A stretch of 64,000 nt of DNA from a virus: positions 9,576 to 73,575 of IMG/VR virus record IMGVR_UViG_3300025018_000143; one strand, 5' to 3'. Positions 16,489 to 26,547 of the stretch are shown here, one piece after another. Within the stretch, counting starts at the first letter, position 1. Every line of letters begins with the position of its first letter. The notes beneath the pieces were generated by a model. It was given only the letters and a program-made list of their open reading frames with translations, made no database searches and was not told the origin of the DNA. The position numbers and the translations under genes were made by a program.

Positions 16489-16989
16489 TTAACGTTTTTC
16501 AAAATGGTGATATGCCCATGTTACTGTAAATTCAGTTATCCTACCTCCTAGGTTATAGCCAAATTCAATCGGGCTTATTGATATAGGATACGCTTCAAAA
16601 AGTTCATATGATGCTTTTAAATTATCTTGCTTATCTTCAACTTCTATTATAACTGAGCCGATAAAATCATGATAATATGCCATGTAGTAATCAGCCCCTG
16701 CTATAAGTTCTTGCCATGCATTGAAATATTCATGTAAATTCATATCCGCAGTCATATAAAATGTTGTTGACACATCATCGTATAATTCTGCATAAGGAAC
16801 TTTCCTTATAGGGCCATGATTATATTTATCTACAGTGCTGAAGCCGCGACCCGGTAGTTGAACAGCACTACAAAGAACTGAGAAATCCTGCTTTAATGTT
16901 CCCGCAGGACCTGTTATCAGCACCTTGTATCTTGATGCATCCAATATTGGATTTTTTGCTATAACTGACTTGAATCCGCTTATATTCAT
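16489..16989 (-). CDS. gp54: gp54-like baseplate-tail tube initiator (tube-protein fold)
   Basis: C..VQLPGR, F..WQ, L.EAYP..I..I.F, FTVT.AY. Confidence 0.7.
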   Translation of the reverse strand: MNISGFKSVIAKNPILDASRYKVLITGPAGTLKQDFSVLCSAVQLPGRGFSTVDKYNHGPIRKVPYAELYDDVSTTFYMTADMNLHEYFNAWQELIAGADYYMAYYHDFIGSVIIEVEDKQDNLKASYELFEAYPISISPIEFGYNLGGRITEFTVTWAYHHFEKR

Positions 16990-17001
16990 CTTGGCCTCTG
17001 C

Positions 17002-17583
17002 TTACTTCTGATATTTTATTTTAGAATCATTCCAGACTTGAATTAATGATGCACCTTTGAAATTAGCAACAGGTAAATTAATAGCCACTGGCCATTGTTC
17101 TGGTCTTATAATCATTATTTTTGATCTTATTTGATTCTTAAGATACAATTTAATACAAGGTTTGAAGTATCTAAATTTAGTCGCTTCTTGTAATATTTGA
17201 TATGTAGCTTTAAACTTTGTTGATTTATTCATATGATCATTATTCACTGTATCCATTAAAGCCTTCATAAATACTATTCTCAATTTAGGAGGCAGATAAT
17301 GTAAATTCAGTCCTTGTATATATTTATTGGTTTCACCTATCACAATTACAAGAGGGAATTTATCCCAGTATGGCAATTTACCATCATATTTTGCTTTATA
17401 TGCATAATAAATCATCCTGCCCTCTAATGGCAAATTACCACGATATCTAATATCACTCATATTGATACTTAAATCACTAGCACTCAAATTATTAATTTTA
17501 TCTCTAAACCACATCTTTGCATTTTTAACTTCTTCTTTGCGGAAGATTGCAGTAGCGAAAGGATTACTTTTTGGGGCCATCAA
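17002..17583 (-). CDS. gp2: DNA end protector gp2
   Basis: Y.AKY...LPYWDKFPL, GLNLHYLPP..R, CIKLYL. Confidence 0.9.
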   Translation of the reverse strand: MMAPKSNPFATAIFRKEEVKNAKMWFRDKINNLSASDLSINMSDIRYRGNLPLEGRMIYYAYKAKYDGKLPYWDKFPLVIVIGETNKYIQGLNLHYLPPKLRIVFMKALMDTVNNDHMNKSTKFKATYQILQEATKFRYFKPCIKLYLKNQIRSKIMIIRPEQWPVAINLPVANFKGASLIQVWNDSKIKYQK

Positions 17584-18130
17584 ATTTTCCTATTGTTTTT
17601 TTATATTTCGGAGCTTTCATTGCTGGGATTTTACTTATTTTCTTTTTAGACTGAATCATCTTGAATGGTTTTGATGTTACTGTTGGTATTCCCATTGCAT
17701 TCAATTCTTTTTCAGTCCATATCAAGAATTTCGCATTTATTTTGTCAGCGTATCTTGTTGCTGCTTCCCATTTACTTGTATTTGTCGTATATGTAATGAC
17801 TTCATTAAGTAGCCGTTTTTTTGATTTCTTAGGACCTTGCTCTGGTGCTTGTGTTTGAATCCAAGGTTTAACCTCAATCAAATATTCTTTTTTATCAGAA
17901 GTCTTAATATAGAAGTCAATGTAATATCTATGTTGTTTCCCGTCAACTTTATTTATATAAGGTACTATTACTTCCTCAGAGCCCCATGCAATAACTTTTG
18001 CTGAATTATCACACCATATCATTACTCCTCTTTCCCAGCTACTTCTTGATATTATATTATCCAGTCTATTTTTATTGATATATTTTTGTGGATTTTTTAC
18101 TCTGTATATTGATTTGAAAGCTCTTGACAT
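17564..18130 (-). CDS. gp4: head completion nuclease gp4
   Basis: True start MSRAFKS at 18130 (AAGGA RBS); NPQKY, RSSWE, WGSEE..VPY, HRYY.DF, IEVKP, KWEAA. Confidence 0.9.
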   Translation of the reverse strand: MSRAFKSIYRVKNPQKYINKNRLDNIISRSSWERGVMIWCDNSAKVIAWGSEEVIVPYINKVDGKQHRYYIDFYIKTSDKKEYLIEVKPWIQTQAPEQGPKKSKKRLLNEVITYTTNTSKWEAATRYADKINAKFLIWTEKELNAMGIPTVTSKPFKMIQSKKKISKIPAMKAPKYKKTIGKFDGPKK

Positions 18131-18147
18131 AATATTCCTTAAGGTTA

Positions 18148-18179
18148 TATAAATAGAAACAAACATACATATATTTATA
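18148..18179. promoter_or_regulatory. overlapping divergent late promoters
   Basis: TATAAATA on + (18148-18155) and on - (18172-18179) between gp4 and gp48. Confidence 0.8.
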
Positions 18180-18191
18180 TAAGAGGATACT

Positions 18192-18950
18192 ATGTCAAGA
18201 ATTGATCTTTTATTAACACAAAGCCCAAATAGAGTACCTAAACGTCTGGGTGATATAGGTGCACTAGCACCATACGTGCATTTTCTCTGTGCTGAAGAGA
18301 GTGCCATATTACCAATGCCCACAAATGTCACATCAGGAAATCAAATATTATGGGAACAAAAAGACTTTACTCCTGATTCCATAGGTGGAGCTGCTGCTAT
18401 TTCTGCTTATAAAAAATCTGGTGAAACAGGAGCACTAGAGGCACTAGGTTCTGGAGGAGCTGGAGTTATAGCAGGGAGAGCAAAAGATGCTGCATCCAGC
18501 GTTGGTTCTAGCGTATTAGGAGCTTCGGATCTTGGTGATTATGTTCTGCACAAACAAAATAAGGCAGTAAATCCTAATAAAGAAATGACATTCAATGGTA
18601 TTGGATATAGATCATTTCAATTTGAATTTGAACTAATACCTCTGAATCAAAAAGAGGCAGCTGCAATTAAACAATTCATTGAATTCTTCCAGACACAAGC
18701 AATGCCAGATTTCGCGGGTGAAGGAAGCACTTACTTTGCCTACCCTTCAGCATGGGATATAAAATTCGGAAATGCTGAATGGCTACCGAAAATTCTTCCT
18801 GCTTATTTAACTGATTATAGTGTGAATTACGGAGGAGTAGGAAAGATGGTTGCTCATAAAGACAGCGCAGTTCAAACCAATATACAATTGACCTTTACTG
18901 AATCACAACTCCATACAAAAGCAAAAGTAAAAGAAGGCTATGTAGGATAG
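18192..18950 (+). CDS. gp48: baseplate tail-tube cap gp48
   Basis: NPN.E..F.G...RSF.F.F.L.P....EA..I..I, YP..W.I, V.Y, L.F.E. Confidence 0.85.
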   Translation: MSRIDLLLTQSPNRVPKRLGDIGALAPYVHFLCAEESAILPMPTNVTSGNQILWEQKDFTPDSIGGAAAISAYKKSGETGALEALGSGGAGVIAGRAKDAASSVGSSVLGASDLGDYVLHKQNKAVNPNKEMTFNGIGYRSFQFEFELIPLNQKEAAAIKQFIEFFQTQAMPDFAGEGSTYFAYPSAWDIKFGNAEWLPKILPAYLTDYSVNYGGVGKMVAHKDSAVQTNIQLTFTESQLHTKAKVKEGYVG

Positions 18951-18952
18951 AT

Positions 18953-19516
18953 ATGGCAACTATATTTGAAAAAAGAAATTTCTATTTCAGAGGATTTAAT
19001 AAGATACCATACACTCTTGACAATGAAACCCTAGCGGTATTGGACTTTATCCATCGTTGGAAGATTGTTGATGAAGTTAAAAAGAATGCCTCTGTATATT
19101 CTCTCTGGAATATTAGAGATGTTGATACCTTATTAAATATATCCAAAAAATTATATAAATCAGAGCATTATTATTGGGTAATTATGATGATGAATGACAT
19201 GATGGATCCATTCTTTGATTGGCCATTAAATGAAGGTGATTTGCGCAAATATATTATATCTGTGTATGGTGTTGAAAATATTTACAGCATTCATCATTAT
19301 GAATCAGAATATGATGCCAATATATACGCATTGCCTGCAGGTCATGAAGTTTCAGATGATTATGCTTACAATAAATTAGCCATCAGTAATTACGATTATG
19401 AATCGGATTTAAATGAAGCTAAACGCTCAATTAGATTATTACAACCAGAATATCTTGATATGGTTAAGAAAGAACGTGAAGCTATATTATCTTCTAATTT
19501 TTCAAGAGGTATATAA
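18953..19516 (+). CDS. gp53: baseplate wedge gp53
   Basis: YF..F..I.Y, LY....YYWVI...N...DP..DWPL, YE...NE.KR.I.LL. Confidence 0.88.
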   Translation: MATIFEKRNFYFRGFNKIPYTLDNETLAVLDFIHRWKIVDEVKKNASVYSLWNIRDVDTLLNISKKLYKSEHYYWVIMMMNDMMDPFFDWPLNEGDLRKYIISVYGVENIYSIHHYESEYDANIYALPAGHEVSDDYAYNKLAISNYDYESDLNEAKRSIRLLQPEYLDMVKKEREAILSSNFSRGI

Positions 19517-20970
19517 TGGCGTATAGAAAAAATGACATTACTATAGCACCATTTGGGTATGATATAAAATCATTACTTCTTATTTCAGAAGATGCTGAAA
19601 TAGATTTGACTTATCTAATGATAGAGCTTAATATCAATGAAAGCATGTTTTCAACTTGTATTGTTGGCAGCATAGTAATTGTTGATTCTCTTAACTTAGT
19701 AACAAATCTACCTATAATGGAAGGTGATCTTATTAAAGGTCATTTTGTCCGTAATGAAAATGATCCTTATGTTCAAGAATATGACCCTGAAGATTTAAAA
19801 TTCACATTTGAAATCATAAAAATCCTAAGACAAGAAAAAACAAAACAGGATCAACAAACAGTTGCGTTATCATTTGTCTCAAGTACATGGACTGACCATT
19901 TATCTTCCCGTGTATCAAAAAGTTATAATCAAATGCCATATTCATCTATGGTTAAGGATATATACGATAATTGGTTATCAAAGGGTGGATTAAGAGGTGA
20001 ATTGCCAGTTAAACCAATTGAAGTAGGCGTTTCAGACAGATTATGGAATATTGTTATACCTAATCTAAAGCCATATAATGCGATAAATTTTCTTTCAAGA
20101 AGAGCTTTTTCAGGTGATTCTGTGAATTTCTTATTTTGGGAAGATAAGGACAAATTTAATTTCAAATCATTCTCTGAAATAATGGCTGCTGATCCAGTAG
20201 CTGAATATGTTACTGCTATAGGCGAAGAGGTAGCAGATACAATGGGCGAGCCAAAACCAGAATTCTTGAAATCACAGTATCTAAATGTTATGTCCATGAA
20301 GAGAGTAGGATATCATGATTTATCCGCAGCTGCTATGTCTGGCATGATGTCAAACAGATTAATACGCCATGACATATTTCATAAAAGAGTAATTGATTAT
20401 CATCCTACTGGAGATAGTGCAGGGAATTATTCTCTTGATAAACAATATGATTATTATTCTGATTTTGGTAAATTACCTCACACAGACAATCAATCAAAAT
20501 TAGTAAGAGAATACACAAATAAGAAGATGGCTACTGATGGGGGAAATACAATTATCAGTATATGCCCTGAACATTCATGGCAATATGATAATCAAGAATC
20601 ATTTGAAGTAAATAATTGGGTTAGACAACGTAAAGGTCAATTAGCTCAATTAAATTTTGTGAAAATGCAGATGACAATTCCAGGAAGCATGACAAGAAAA
20701 ATAGGCGACAAGATAAAAATAAAAATGTGGTCACCAGAATGGAAACTAAAAACTCCTTCTGATGAATCACCATCGAAAGATTCAAGATTCGCAGGGCATT
20801 ATATTATAACTGCAATTAGAAGAAAATTCTCTGGTGATCATTTTTCTTGTATATTGGAAGTAATTAGAGATGATTATGCTAAATTAGAATCGAATCCATT
20901 ATGGGAAGAGGCTGGTGCTCCCGGGAGCGGAAGCAGAGAAAGTGTACCTGGTGGAAGAGGAGGCGTGTAA
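19516..20970 (+). CDS. baseplate hub protein (gp27-like)
   Basis: I.ES.F....G.I...DS.N....LPI, FLFWE, G.Y.ITAI; lies between gp53 and gp5. Confidence 0.7.
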   Translation: MAYRKNDITIAPFGYDIKSLLLISEDAEIDLTYLMIELNINESMFSTCIVGSIVIVDSLNLVTNLPIMEGDLIKGHFVRNENDPYVQEYDPEDLKFTFEIIKILRQEKTKQDQQTVALSFVSSTWTDHLSSRVSKSYNQMPYSSMVKDIYDNWLSKGGLRGELPVKPIEVGVSDRLWNIVIPNLKPYNAINFLSRRAFSGDSVNFLFWEDKDKFNFKSFSEIMAADPVAEYVTAIGEEVADTMGEPKPEFLKSQYLNVMSMKRVGYHDLSAAAMSGMMSNRLIRHDIFHKRVIDYHPTGDSAGNYSLDKQYDYYSDFGKLPHTDNQSKLVREYTNKKMATDGGNTIISICPEHSWQYDNQESFEVNNWVRQRKGQLAQLNFVKMQMTIPGSMTRKIGDKIKIKMWSPEWKLKTPSDESPSKDSRFAGHYIITAIRRKFSGDHFSCILEVIRDDYAKLESNPLWEEAGAPGSGSRESVPGGRGGV

Positions 20971-22334
20971 TGGATTCATCAAATTCAGTAAAAAATGTAA
21001 TGGGCATGGATGGCTTTTATTGGTTCATGGGTGTTGTAGAATCCACTGCTGATCCTGAGAAGCTAGGCAGAGTTCAGGTACGAGTGCTCGGCGATCATAC
21101 ACAAACAAAATCGGATATCCCTACTGCTGATTTACCATGGGCAATGCCCATGATGCCAGTTACTACTGCATCAATGAATGGTATTGGAGAAGCGCCAATT
21201 GGTCTTCTTAATGGATCGTGGGTGATGGGATTTTATCGTGATGGTATAGATAAACAGCAACCAATTATAATGGGTTCAATAGGAGGAATTCCTATTGATG
21301 TGAGTACTCCAGGAGTTGGGTTCAATGATCCTGATGGGTGTTTTCCTCAGGATTCTAAATTAAATGAGCCTGACACAAATAGACATGCAAGAGGTATTTC
21401 AGGTAAACATGTTAAAGAGCCTGTGCCAGTAACAATAAGAAAGGCAAATGTGCTTAAAAATGTTGCTACTGCTTATAGTCAATGGTCTGAACCTGAAACG
21501 CCATATGCTCCTATATATCCATACAATTATTCATGGGAAGGTGTATATAATCCTTCATGCGATGGTTGCGAATGGGGACATATTGAAGAATGGGACAGCA
21601 CACCTGGTTCAGAAAGATATTTTAGACAGCACAAATCCTCTCAAAATTTTTTAGAAATACACCCAGACGGTAAAGAAATTAGAAAGATATATGGTGATGG
21701 GTTTGAAATTGATTTAGCTAATAAGCATCTATATGTTGAAGGTGATTACCGTGTAACTGTCAATGGAAACAAAGATGAACATATTAAAGGTAATTATTGG
21801 CAGCATGTGGAAGGAAATATGATTAGAGTTGTTGATGGCGACAAATCAACAATAACCAGAGGCAATGATGCTATGACCTCTTATTCTAATACCGTTCGTA
21901 GGTCATCAGGAAGCATCATAGACGCAACACAAAATAATCATGTACGATTGGCTAATAACACCATAAATGATTCAGCAGGGTCTAAAATAACAGCATTGGC
22001 GGGGTCAGAAACAACATACGGTGTAGGATCCTATTCTCCTGTATCAATAAGCACAGTAACAGCCAGCTCAGTATCTTCAGATGGATATAACAGTGTTGTA
22101 TTATCATGCTTCGAAGCCAATGGGGGAAAGGGGAGTGTATCTGGTACTATTATTTCTAGTGTCCCAGGGTTCGGCTCTTCAGCTAATAGCACAGCCAACA
22201 CACAAATCAAAATAGTACCCTCAAGAATATACATCGATGGTATTGCTATCTGTAAAAAATTAGTTACTACGAGCTTTAAAGCTCCTCGAGGAAATATTAC
22301 TTCATCAGTGTCAATATCTACTGAAACACCATAA
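20970..22334 (+). CDS. gp5: baseplate central spike gp5 (OB fold and beta-helix, no lysozyme domain)
   Basis: WFMGVVE...DP..LGRVQVRV.G.H, LPWA, YPYN, GH..E.D.TPG.ER, V.GN repeats; ATG at 20970. Confidence 0.9.
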   Translation: MDSSNSVKNVMGMDGFYWFMGVVESTADPEKLGRVQVRVLGDHTQTKSDIPTADLPWAMPMMPVTTASMNGIGEAPIGLLNGSWVMGFYRDGIDKQQPIIMGSIGGIPIDVSTPGVGFNDPDGCFPQDSKLNEPDTNRHARGISGKHVKEPVPVTIRKANVLKNVATAYSQWSEPETPYAPIYPYNYSWEGVYNPSCDGCEWGHIEEWDSTPGSERYFRQHKSSQNFLEIHPDGKEIRKIYGDGFEIDLANKHLYVEGDYRVTVNGNKDEHIKGNYWQHVEGNMIRVVDGDKSTITRGNDAMTSYSNTVRRSSGSIIDATQNNHVRLANNTINDSAGSKITALAGSETTYGVGSYSPVSISTVTASSVSSDGYNSVVLSCFEANGGKGSVSGTIISSVPGFGSSANSTANTQIKIVPSRIYIDGIAICKKLVTTSFKAPRGNITSSVSISTETP

Positions 22335-22346
22335 TAAAGGAATACA

Positions 22347-22766
22347 ATGACTTTAAAATATAATTACACTGAACCAAATCCATCAAGAATATACAGTGAT
22401 GTTAATATATCACTGACTCCACATCCTATATCATTGGATTTCTCAAGGAAAACTGGAGATAATGCTATCAAGCAGGCATTAAGAAATCTTATATTGCTTA
22501 ATAGAGGTGAAAAGCCTTTTCATCCTGAAATAGGCGGTGGTATATATGATATGTTATTTGAGAATTATGATCTCCCTGGAGGAACTGATACCTTAAGATA
22601 CACAATAGCTAGTTTAATTCATAAATACGAGCCTAGAGTTGAATTAACCAGGATTGATATAGATGCTAATCCTAATAGCAATTCATTATCTATAAATATA
22701 TATTATATAATTCTTAATACATTAATTCCAAGTAATGTAGAGATATTCCTCAAGACAATTAGATAG
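22347..22766 (+). CDS. gp25: baseplate wedge gp25
   Basis: AIKQALRNLI....GEKPF.P..G, YEPRV. Confidence 0.92.
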   Translation: MTLKYNYTEPNPSRIYSDVNISLTPHPISLDFSRKTGDNAIKQALRNLILLNRGEKPFHPEIGGGIYDMLFENYDLPGGTDTLRYTIASLIHKYEPRVELTRIDIDANPNSNSLSINIYYIILNTLIPSNVEIFLKTIR

Positions 22767-22774
22767 GTTACCAT

Positions 22775-24583
22775 ATGGCATCAAATAAATCCGAAATAAA
22801 TGTAGCTGAGTTAGATTTTGATTTAATAAAGCAAGAATTAATAGATTATTTCAAATCGGATCCTACATTCCAGGATTATGAATTTGAAGGATCTGCGATT
22901 AATATTCTTATGGATATATTAGCGTATAATACCCATATGAATGCAGTTATTGCAAACATGTCCGCTAATGAAATGTTTATTGATTCAGCACAACTTCGGT
23001 CTTCTGTTGTGTCGATTGCTAAATCCATTGGGTATACTCCAAGGAGCAAAAGAACAGCAAGAGCGGATATTGACTTATATTTTCCTGCAGTAACTGGCAG
23101 TCCATTGTTCCTTACAATGCCAGCTGGTACAAGATTTATAACCGCAGAAAATATAATTTTTTCAACAAAAGAGCAACATCTAATATATCCTAAACCAGAT
23201 GGATTAGTAAGTGAATATTTAATAGAGGATGTTGATATATATGAAGGAGTGTATAATACCTTCTCATATACTTTTGACGTTAATGCAGAGCAAAGATTTA
23301 TAATCCCTTCAAATGATGCTGATATATCCTCCCTTACTGTTTCTGTAACATCAAATAATGAGGTTACAGAATACGCTAGGAATGAAAATATTTCTACAGT
23401 TACGCCTGATTCTTTGACATACTTTTTACATGAAAGAGCTGACGGAAGATATGAAGTAAAATTCGGTGATAACATAATAGGGAAGCAACCAATAAATAAT
23501 AGTACAATAAATCTTTCTTATATTATTTCATTGAAAGGTGAAGAGGCAAATAATTCCAAGATATTCAAAAAGCAACAATTGATTGACAATAATAATAATT
23601 ACACGATAACAACAAAAACTGTTGCATATGGTGCAGCTGATAGAGAATCAATAGAATCGATCAAGCAAAAAGCCCCAAATATGTACACTTCTCAATCAAG
23701 AGCAGTAACAACAACTGATTATGAAAATTTTCTGTTAAAAGAATATCCATGGATTGATTCAATGAGAGTGTGGGGTGGTGAATACAATTCACCACCGATA
23801 TATGGAAAAGTCTTTATAGCTCTAAAACCAAAACATACTGATTTTCTTTCAGAGACCCTTAAGGATTCCATTAAAAATGATTTGATTAAAAAATATAATG
23901 TAGTTACTGTAATGCCAGAAATTATGAGTCCTGATTATTTGTATGCAGTTGTAGTTTCTAATGTAACATACGATGTGAGCAAAACTAGTCTTAAAGCTAA
24001 TGAGCTTGTCGTTCTGGTAAATCAAAGCATAGCAACATATTTCAATGAGAATACCAGATTATTCAGCAAGCCATTATATTACTCAAAATTATCAACTGCA
24101 ATAGATAATACATCAGTTGCAATAGTGAATTCCAATACCAGTTTTCAATTGATGAAGAAAACATTCCCAGTGCTTGGTTTGTACGAAACAAAGGAAATTA
24201 AATTTTCCAATGCGATAGTACCTGGATCTTTATTTTCATCTTATTATAACATAACTGGTACTGAAGGCGCAAGAGTAAAACAAGTAATATTGGATAATTC
24301 AGAAGGTGTGCTATTCACAAGAAGTGTATTGACTAATGAAATCATTCATAGCAATATAGGCTCAATTGATTATACAACAGGCGATGTCTATTACTCAATG
24401 ACAGTTTATGATTTGCCACAAGACACATTGGATTTGAGGTTTTATTGTACTGCTGTTAATAATGATATTATTCCTGGATATAACCAAATTATTCTTCTTG
24501 ATGAAACGCCATTGGCAATCAATTATAGAAGACTTCAGGGCGTTACTGTCAATATGTATGCTCAAAATAAGGATATAAAATAA
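22775..24583 (+). CDS. gp6: baseplate wedge gp6
   Basis: LDFD.IK, DYEFEGS, LAYNTH, DSAQLRSSVVS.AK..GY.P, RAVT..DY. Confidence 0.93.
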   Translation: MASNKSEINVAELDFDLIKQELIDYFKSDPTFQDYEFEGSAINILMDILAYNTHMNAVIANMSANEMFIDSAQLRSSVVSIAKSIGYTPRSKRTARADIDLYFPAVTGSPLFLTMPAGTRFITAENIIFSTKEQHLIYPKPDGLVSEYLIEDVDIYEGVYNTFSYTFDVNAEQRFIIPSNDADISSLTVSVTSNNEVTEYARNENISTVTPDSLTYFLHERADGRYEVKFGDNIIGKQPINNSTINLSYIISLKGEEANNSKIFKKQQLIDNNNNYTITTKTVAYGAADRESIESIKQKAPNMYTSQSRAVTTTDYENFLLKEYPWIDSMRVWGGEYNSPPIYGKVFIALKPKHTDFLSETLKDSIKNDLIKKYNVVTVMPEIMSPDYLYAVVVSNVTYDVSKTSLKANELVVLVNQSIATYFNENTRLFSKPLYYSKLSTAIDNTSVAIVNSNTSFQLMKKTFPVLGLYETKEIKFSNAIVPGSLFSSYYNITGTEGARVKQVILDNSEGVLFTRSVLTNEIIHSNIGSIDYTTGDVYYSMTVYDLPQDTLDLRFYCTAVNNDIIPGYNQIILLDETPLAINYRRLQGVTVNMYAQNKDIK

Positions 24584-24585
24584 TC

Positions 24586-26541
24586 ATGTCCAATAAATTC
24601 AGATCAACTTTAATAGAAAATAATATACCTTCGTTTATTAGACAGGATTATCCCAATTTTGTCGAATTTATTAAAGTTTATTATTCCCAACAAGATAATG
24701 AGGGAGAAGCATATGAATTTATTGGGAATATATTAAAATATTCTGACATAGACCTCACATCATTAGAATTTCTTGATAATTTTGCAAGGAATTTTATATA
24801 TACTCTTAAGGATAATATTGATATTTCCATAGACAAAAGAAATTTGATATCAAATATCAAACAATTCTATGGATCGGGAGGTTCTGAAAAGTCCATTCAA
24901 TTTATCTTCAGGGTATTGTTTAATGAAGAAGTAAATTTATATTATCCTTCAAATGATGTCCTGCGAGTTTCTGATGGTAAGTGGTCTAAAAATAATATTA
25001 TAAAAATATCAAATAACAGAGATAACGGATTAATTGTAGGCCTTGAAGGGACAGAAATATTAGGAGCACTGAGTGGTGCAATTGCTCTTGTTGAATCAGT
25101 AACATTATATACAGCATCGAATGGTTTCCATGTAGCTGAATGTGCTGTGTCCACTATAAATCCTGTCAATAGCCCATCATCATTCATCGTTGGGGAAACA
25201 ATTACTGGTACAACTATCGACGGCATCACCAGTATCTCTGAAAAAATTTATAGTATTATAACTGACATTTCACTAGATGTTAATGCATTATACAACAAAA
25301 AAAGTGATGTAATCACTGTGACGAGCAATGTTGGTGTTGATTCGTATATAACAATAGATGAAATTGAAAGCGGTTCTATTGATGATTTAGAGATAATACA
25401 AGCAGGCACTGGCTATTCAGTAAATGATATAATCCTATTCCCTAGCACCTCAGGCAGAAATGCAAAGGCTATTGTTGAAAGTGTTGATGGAATAGATGGA
25501 AGTATAACAGGTATCAAAATGATTTCTGAAGGATATGGATATCAAGAAATGCCTTTAATTGATATCAGATCCACTGGCACTGGAGCAATCTTATATCCTG
25601 TTTCAACAAGCATAGGAAAAATTAAAAGAATAGGTATTATTGACCATGGTGTCAATTATCTCGGTTCTGAATTTGCTGGATTCCCTTATACATTCCCTAT
25701 CAATTTTATATTTGTTGAGGCAAAAACCTCATTCAATACAAATGCCTTTATATATGATTTTGCATGGAATGAAATAGAGTACCTAATCAATGAAACAGTA
25801 GAAGGATCCATATCTGGTGCACAAGGTATAATCAAGCATTATAACCGAAGCACAAATTCAATATCATTCAAAATAACCAATGATATTGAATTTATTGAAG
25901 GTGATAATCTAATAGGTATTTCTTCAGGTGCTTCTGGGTTTTATATTCACAAGATATTTCAGACAGCAGGAAATATAGTACCAGGAGCATTAGGAACATT
26001 ACAAGGCATATATAGAAATACTGATGGTTATGTCTCTGGTAATAAATACATTCAAGATTCATATTATTACCAAGATTTCTCTTATGTAATAACCACTCTG
26101 AAAAATAAGAGTGAATGGATATCCTCTATCAATGATCTTGTTCATCCTTCAGGGACTATAGTATTTGGTTTTGGTCTTGAGGAAGGAGATGTTTCTAGTT
26201 TCTCATATGGTGGCTTTATAAGTCCTACATTAAATAATGTGGAATTTTATAAATATAATTGGCAAGAGCATTTATCAGATACATTAACGTGGACTGATTT
26301 TGGCGATACACAAATATCAGCCTTTGCAGATATTGTTATATACAAAGCTAGCTATATTGATGTGGATTCATATGAATCAGGCGAAGAATTATATGGGATT
26401 GATGACATAAATACAATTAGAAAAACAAATATATGCTTTGGTTCAAAAATAGCATATGAATTCGCTGATATAGGTCAGAGTGTATTTATAGATGAATTGA
26501 ACCAATTATTAATTGACACTGAAAATATTTTACTCTTATAG
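24586..26541 (+). CDS. gp7: baseplate wedge initiator gp7-like
   Basis: P.F....YP.FV.F...YY, FY...GS..S..F.FR.LF, IQDSYYYQDFSY, HPSG. Confidence 0.8.
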   Translation: MSNKFRSTLIENNIPSFIRQDYPNFVEFIKVYYSQQDNEGEAYEFIGNILKYSDIDLTSLEFLDNFARNFIYTLKDNIDISIDKRNLISNIKQFYGSGGSEKSIQFIFRVLFNEEVNLYYPSNDVLRVSDGKWSKNNIIKISNNRDNGLIVGLEGTEILGALSGAIALVESVTLYTASNGFHVAECAVSTINPVNSPSSFIVGETITGTTIDGITSISEKIYSIITDISLDVNALYNKKSDVITVTSNVGVDSYITIDEIESGSIDDLEIIQAGTGYSVNDIILFPSTSGRNAKAIVESVDGIDGSITGIKMISEGYGYQEMPLIDIRSTGTGAILYPVSTSIGKIKRIGIIDHGVNYLGSEFAGFPYTFPINFIFVEAKTSFNTNAFIYDFAWNEIEYLINETVEGSISGAQGIIKHYNRSTNSISFKITNDIEFIEGDNLIGISSGASGFYIHKIFQTAGNIVPGALGTLQGIYRNTDGYVSGNKYIQDSYYYQDFSYVITTLKNKSEWISSINDLVHPSGTIVFGFGLEEGDVSSFSYGGFISPTLNNVEFYKYNWQEHLSDTLTWTDFGDTQISAFADIVIYKASYIDVDSYESGEELYGIDDINTIRKTNICFGSKIAYEFADIGQSVFIDELNQLLIDTENILLL

Positions 26542-26547
26542 GAAGAT

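Noticed and set aside
17564-20970. ORF-track starts at 18331 (gp4) and 20901 (gp5)
   Set aside because: They overlap neighbouring genes; ATG 18130 and ATG 20970 have proper RBS or coupling and match the expected N-termini.
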